Source: Eledone cirrhosa (Eukaryota). From it: a DNA stretch of 64,000 nt. The notes beneath the pieces were generated by a model. The model made no database searches, was not told the DNA's origin, and saw only the letters and a list, made by a program, of their open reading frames with translations. Where the stretch lies: positions 357,182,001 through 357,246,000 of the forward strand of contig OZ024741.1 of assembly GCA_964016885.1 (NCBI GenBank), written 5' to 3'. Each line of letters opens with the position of its first letter. Position 1 is the stretch's first letter. This document shows positions 60,870 through 64,000 of this stretch, in pieces. The position numbers were made by a program, and so were the translations under genes.

Positions 60870-62990
60870 GAGTATGTACACTATACTCCAGAGCATCTTG
60901 GACTCAATATGGATAGCGTGTGCAGCATCGGTGCCACGTAAACGGAAAAAAACCCACCCCAAAAGTGCAATTTGGGAAACTTGCCAGGTCCGACTTGCCA
61001 GGAAAGAAAGTCGGAACGCTGAATGCCAACAGAAAAAAGCGGAATAAATCTTCAAGCAAGTGACAAAAAAGGCAGTGCTTGAATTTGAACAGTGCATAGC
61101 AACCAATCCTGACAGTAAGGTGTTCTGGAAATATGTTCGTTCAAAGCAGAGACCTCACTCTCCAGTTGGTCCTCTTCGCAATCCCCACACAAGCCAGATC
61201 ACTGACGATCCTAAAGAATGCGCAGAACTCATTGCTGAGTGCTATGCAAGCATTTTTACTGTTGAAAACCAGAATGTACCATCTTCACCATCTCTAACAT
61301 CAAATTCCATAACAACTATGGAATTTACACCTGCAATGTTGCAACGTCACCTTAAGAATAAGCGCAACTATGCCTCCCCTGGTCTTGATGGTGTTACATA
61401 CCTGCTTCTCAAACGTGGCGGGTACTTCCTTTTGCACCAGCTTTCTTTCTTCTTTCAATACTGTCTCAACAATGGTGCTACTCCGGAGCAGTGGAAAACT
61501 GCCAGTGTCATTCCCCTGTTCAAAAAGGGCGACCGCACGTCACCTGTCAACTATCGTCCAGTCAGTCTTACTAGCTGTATTGCCAAACTGATGGAATCCT
61601 GTGTCAGATAAACACTTTGGAACTTCTGGAGCTCTCACAGCCTCATCCGGCCCTCGCAGTTTGGATTTATCCCTAACTCCAGCTGCTGTAATCAGCTTAT
61701 CGAGTTCCTTGAAGACATTACCCGGATCACTGACAGCGGCTCATGGGTGGATGTTGTTTACCTTGACTTCGCTAAGGTTTTTAATTCTGCGCCACACAAA
61801 AGACTTATGGCAAAACTCTGTGTGAAGGATGATCTTTTTAACTGCTTGAAATCCCTCATTCTCAGCCGAAAAGAGGTAGTCATGGTTCTAGGACAGCATT
61901 CTTCACCATATGCGATGTCATCTGGTGTACCACAGGGATCTGTTCTTGGTCCCCTTTTGTTTGTGACATATATTTATGACATAGATGCAAACTTAAAGAA
62001 TGCCACGGTACTGAAATATGCAGATGACATCAAGCTGTACCTTAAAATCAAAAGGACTGATCCTGAAATCTACAACTCTTTCCTACAATCAGACCTGGAC
62101 ACAATGCAGCAATGGATCACAGACTGGCAACTGAAGCAGGCTGTGGACAAGTGTACCACCATGCATTTTGGGAGGAAAAATCCAGCGTCCACATACTCCC
62201 TCCACAACACTGATATCAAGAAGTCCTCTTGTGAATGTGACCTGGGCATTACTGTCAGCAGCGATTTGCGTTGGACAAAACATGTCTCTAAGATTGTCAA
62301 GAAGGCCGAGGGTGTCTTGGCATCACTCAGCAAGACCTTTGTTAGCCGCTCTCCAGCCATCTATTTAAAGCTGTATACAGTTATGGTACGACCACACTTG
62401 GAATTCGCATCATCAGTCTGGAACCCCTATCTTGCTCAGATCATTGACCTCCTGGAAACTGTTCAGGGACGTGCAACCAAGCGCATACCCTCCATCAGAC
62501 ACCTACCATAATCTGAACGCCTTGCTTCCCTCTGCATGGATTCGTTGAAGCTCCAACGTCTGGCAATGGACTTGGTAAACACCCACAAAGTTATTAACTT
62601 TCTCGCCAACAACAACCCTGAGCACCTTTTTGATTTCCATGTGTCTAACACACGTGGACATGCCAACAAAGTCAGAAAACAGCACAGCTCCCATGACTTT
62701 CGGAAAAACTTTTTCACGCTCAGAGTTGCTGAAGCATGGAACAAACTACCTGCATCAGTTATTAGCTGCTGAGACACTGCATCCTTTAAAACCCTCATGC
62801 TTCCCGAAATTCGCCAAAACTACACCTGATGTACCCCTTCCATACACATGTACGTGTATATCATGACTCATGCACTGTTTCTTTTCCTGACGTTTGTACA
62901 TTACCCTATGTACTATACATACGCTTTTTGATGAGTTGTAGTGCACCTGAGCACTGTACACAATATTTTCATTATTATTATATATATATA
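60870..62990 (+). mobile_element. 5'-truncated CR1-clade LINE (RT) with frameshifts
   Basis: FWKYV, SPGLDG, NYRPVSLTS, VYLDFAKVF, SGVPQGSVLGPLLF, KYADDIKL, VRPHLEFASSVWNPY, FFTLRVAEAWNKLP; (ATT)n-like tail. Confidence 0.93.
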
Positions 62991-63285
62991 CACACACACG
63001 TTAATAATACACATGACGTATTATTATGGTTGATGATTACAAATCCCAAATTACTATGCCATTTATATAATGTTTATAATGTACAAAAGAAACAAATCAG
63101 TAAAAAGGTAAGAGAAGGAAAAGACGTGCAGAACTGTTGGTGATGTCCTCTGTAAATGTTTGAGTTAAGCCAAAACACTGGCGTTTGAAATATGTCAAAC
63201 TTTTGTTTGCAGTAACATTTCTTATTGAAATTTAAAGATGTAATATTAAACAGTATGGAAAAAATATGTTAAACTGGTTGTTTAC

Positions 63286-63420
63286 CTTCCAAATCAGTGT
63301 TTACTCGGTGTCAAGTCTTCATATCAACGAATGCGAATAACCGAAAACATACGTTTAGGTATTTGGCGCCAGGATAGTAAACAAAATGAGAGCGTCTGGA
63401 GTGATCTCCCCTTAAGATAA
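63286..63420 (-). promoter_or_regulatory. Putative non-coding first exon/promoter of DCLRE1B
   Basis: CpG-richer unique sequence; minus-strand donor GAAG|GTAAAC at 63286/63285; E2F-like TTTGGCGCC at 63362-63370; matching acceptor ttctaatttcag 20 nt upstream of the ATG (exon start 57177). Confidence 0.4.
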
Positions 63421-63585
63421 CTCTCCGTTAATTAAGTTTTTTTTACTGGTCGAGAGATCCATCTAAAAGTTTGTTTACACGATAAACACCAAATACAATT
63501 ACAATTCATATATTAGTATATAAATACATTTCGTTTCTGAATTTGTTTAGCAAGATTCTTTATCTGAAATCGTGTGTTGAAACCG

Positions 63586-63841
63586 ATATTGTTATACTTT
63601 GGGAGGGTCATGCTGCCAATAAGAAACACACGCACCAGTTGCTTTCACTTCAATTTAATTTAATATATATTTATAAATTTACAAATTTATAAATTTCTGG
63701 TTGGTTGGTTGGAACCAACCAACCAACCAGAAATTTATAAATTTGTAAATTTATAAATATATATTAAATTAAATTGAAGTGAAAGCAACTGGTGCGTGTG
63801 TTTCTTATTGGCAGCATGACCCTCCCAAAGTATAACAATAT
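63586..63841. repeat. Perfect palindrome: 127-bp arms, 2-nt spacer
   Basis: 63586-63712 is the exact reverse complement of 63715-63841; centre (ttgg)n-aa-(ccaa)n. Confidence 0.93.
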
Positions 63842-64000
63842 ATAAATACAATTTATATTAAAAAAAAAAGGAGAAATATAATTTTCGGCACTACCATGCT
63901 ATTAGCTGTCAGAAGTGAAAGTTTCGTCAATTTCTCAATCGTAAACATCGTATTACCACGCGTTATTTTAATAAAGCATATCGATGTAAGTGGAGTTACT

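Noticed and set aside
63697-63730. (TTGG)n as a telomeric repeat
   Set aside because: Not TTAGGG/TTAGG; only about 4 units per arm

Overview
AT-rich, repeat-dense animal genomic DNA; it is not prokaryotic. The (TA)n/(CAT)n microsatellites and the SINE/RTE repertoire suggest a coleoid cephalopod such as Octopus (inference). Two host genes are well supported. The first is a 16-exon LRGUK (leucine-rich repeat + guanylate kinase-like) gene on + (CDS 20175-52265, about 823 aa, all exon phases reconcile); its 4th intron has U12 (minor spliceosome) signals. The second is a convergent DCLRE1B/Apollo (SNM1B) nuclease on - with an uninterrupted CDS (54881-57157). The rest is a mosaic of decayed transposons: RTE and RTE-X/Expander-like LINEs, CR1, Penelope, CRE-like, R4/Dong-like, Gypsy, Helitron, hAT/hATm, Tc1/mariner, TTAA MITEs and tRNA-derived SINEs. 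The most notable non-coding signals are: (i) eight type I hammerhead-ribozyme motifs of five different sequence families, mostly in short inserts within (TA)n tracts; (ii) a 2.3-kb element with 768-bp near-identical inverted arms, each carrying an outward-facing TATA/initiator/splice-donor module, just upstream of LRGUK; (iii) a 193-bp inverted duplication bracketing LRGUK exon 3; (iv) a 127-bp-arm perfect palindrome near the putative DCLRE1B promoter. All calls come from manual reading; no database searches were run.
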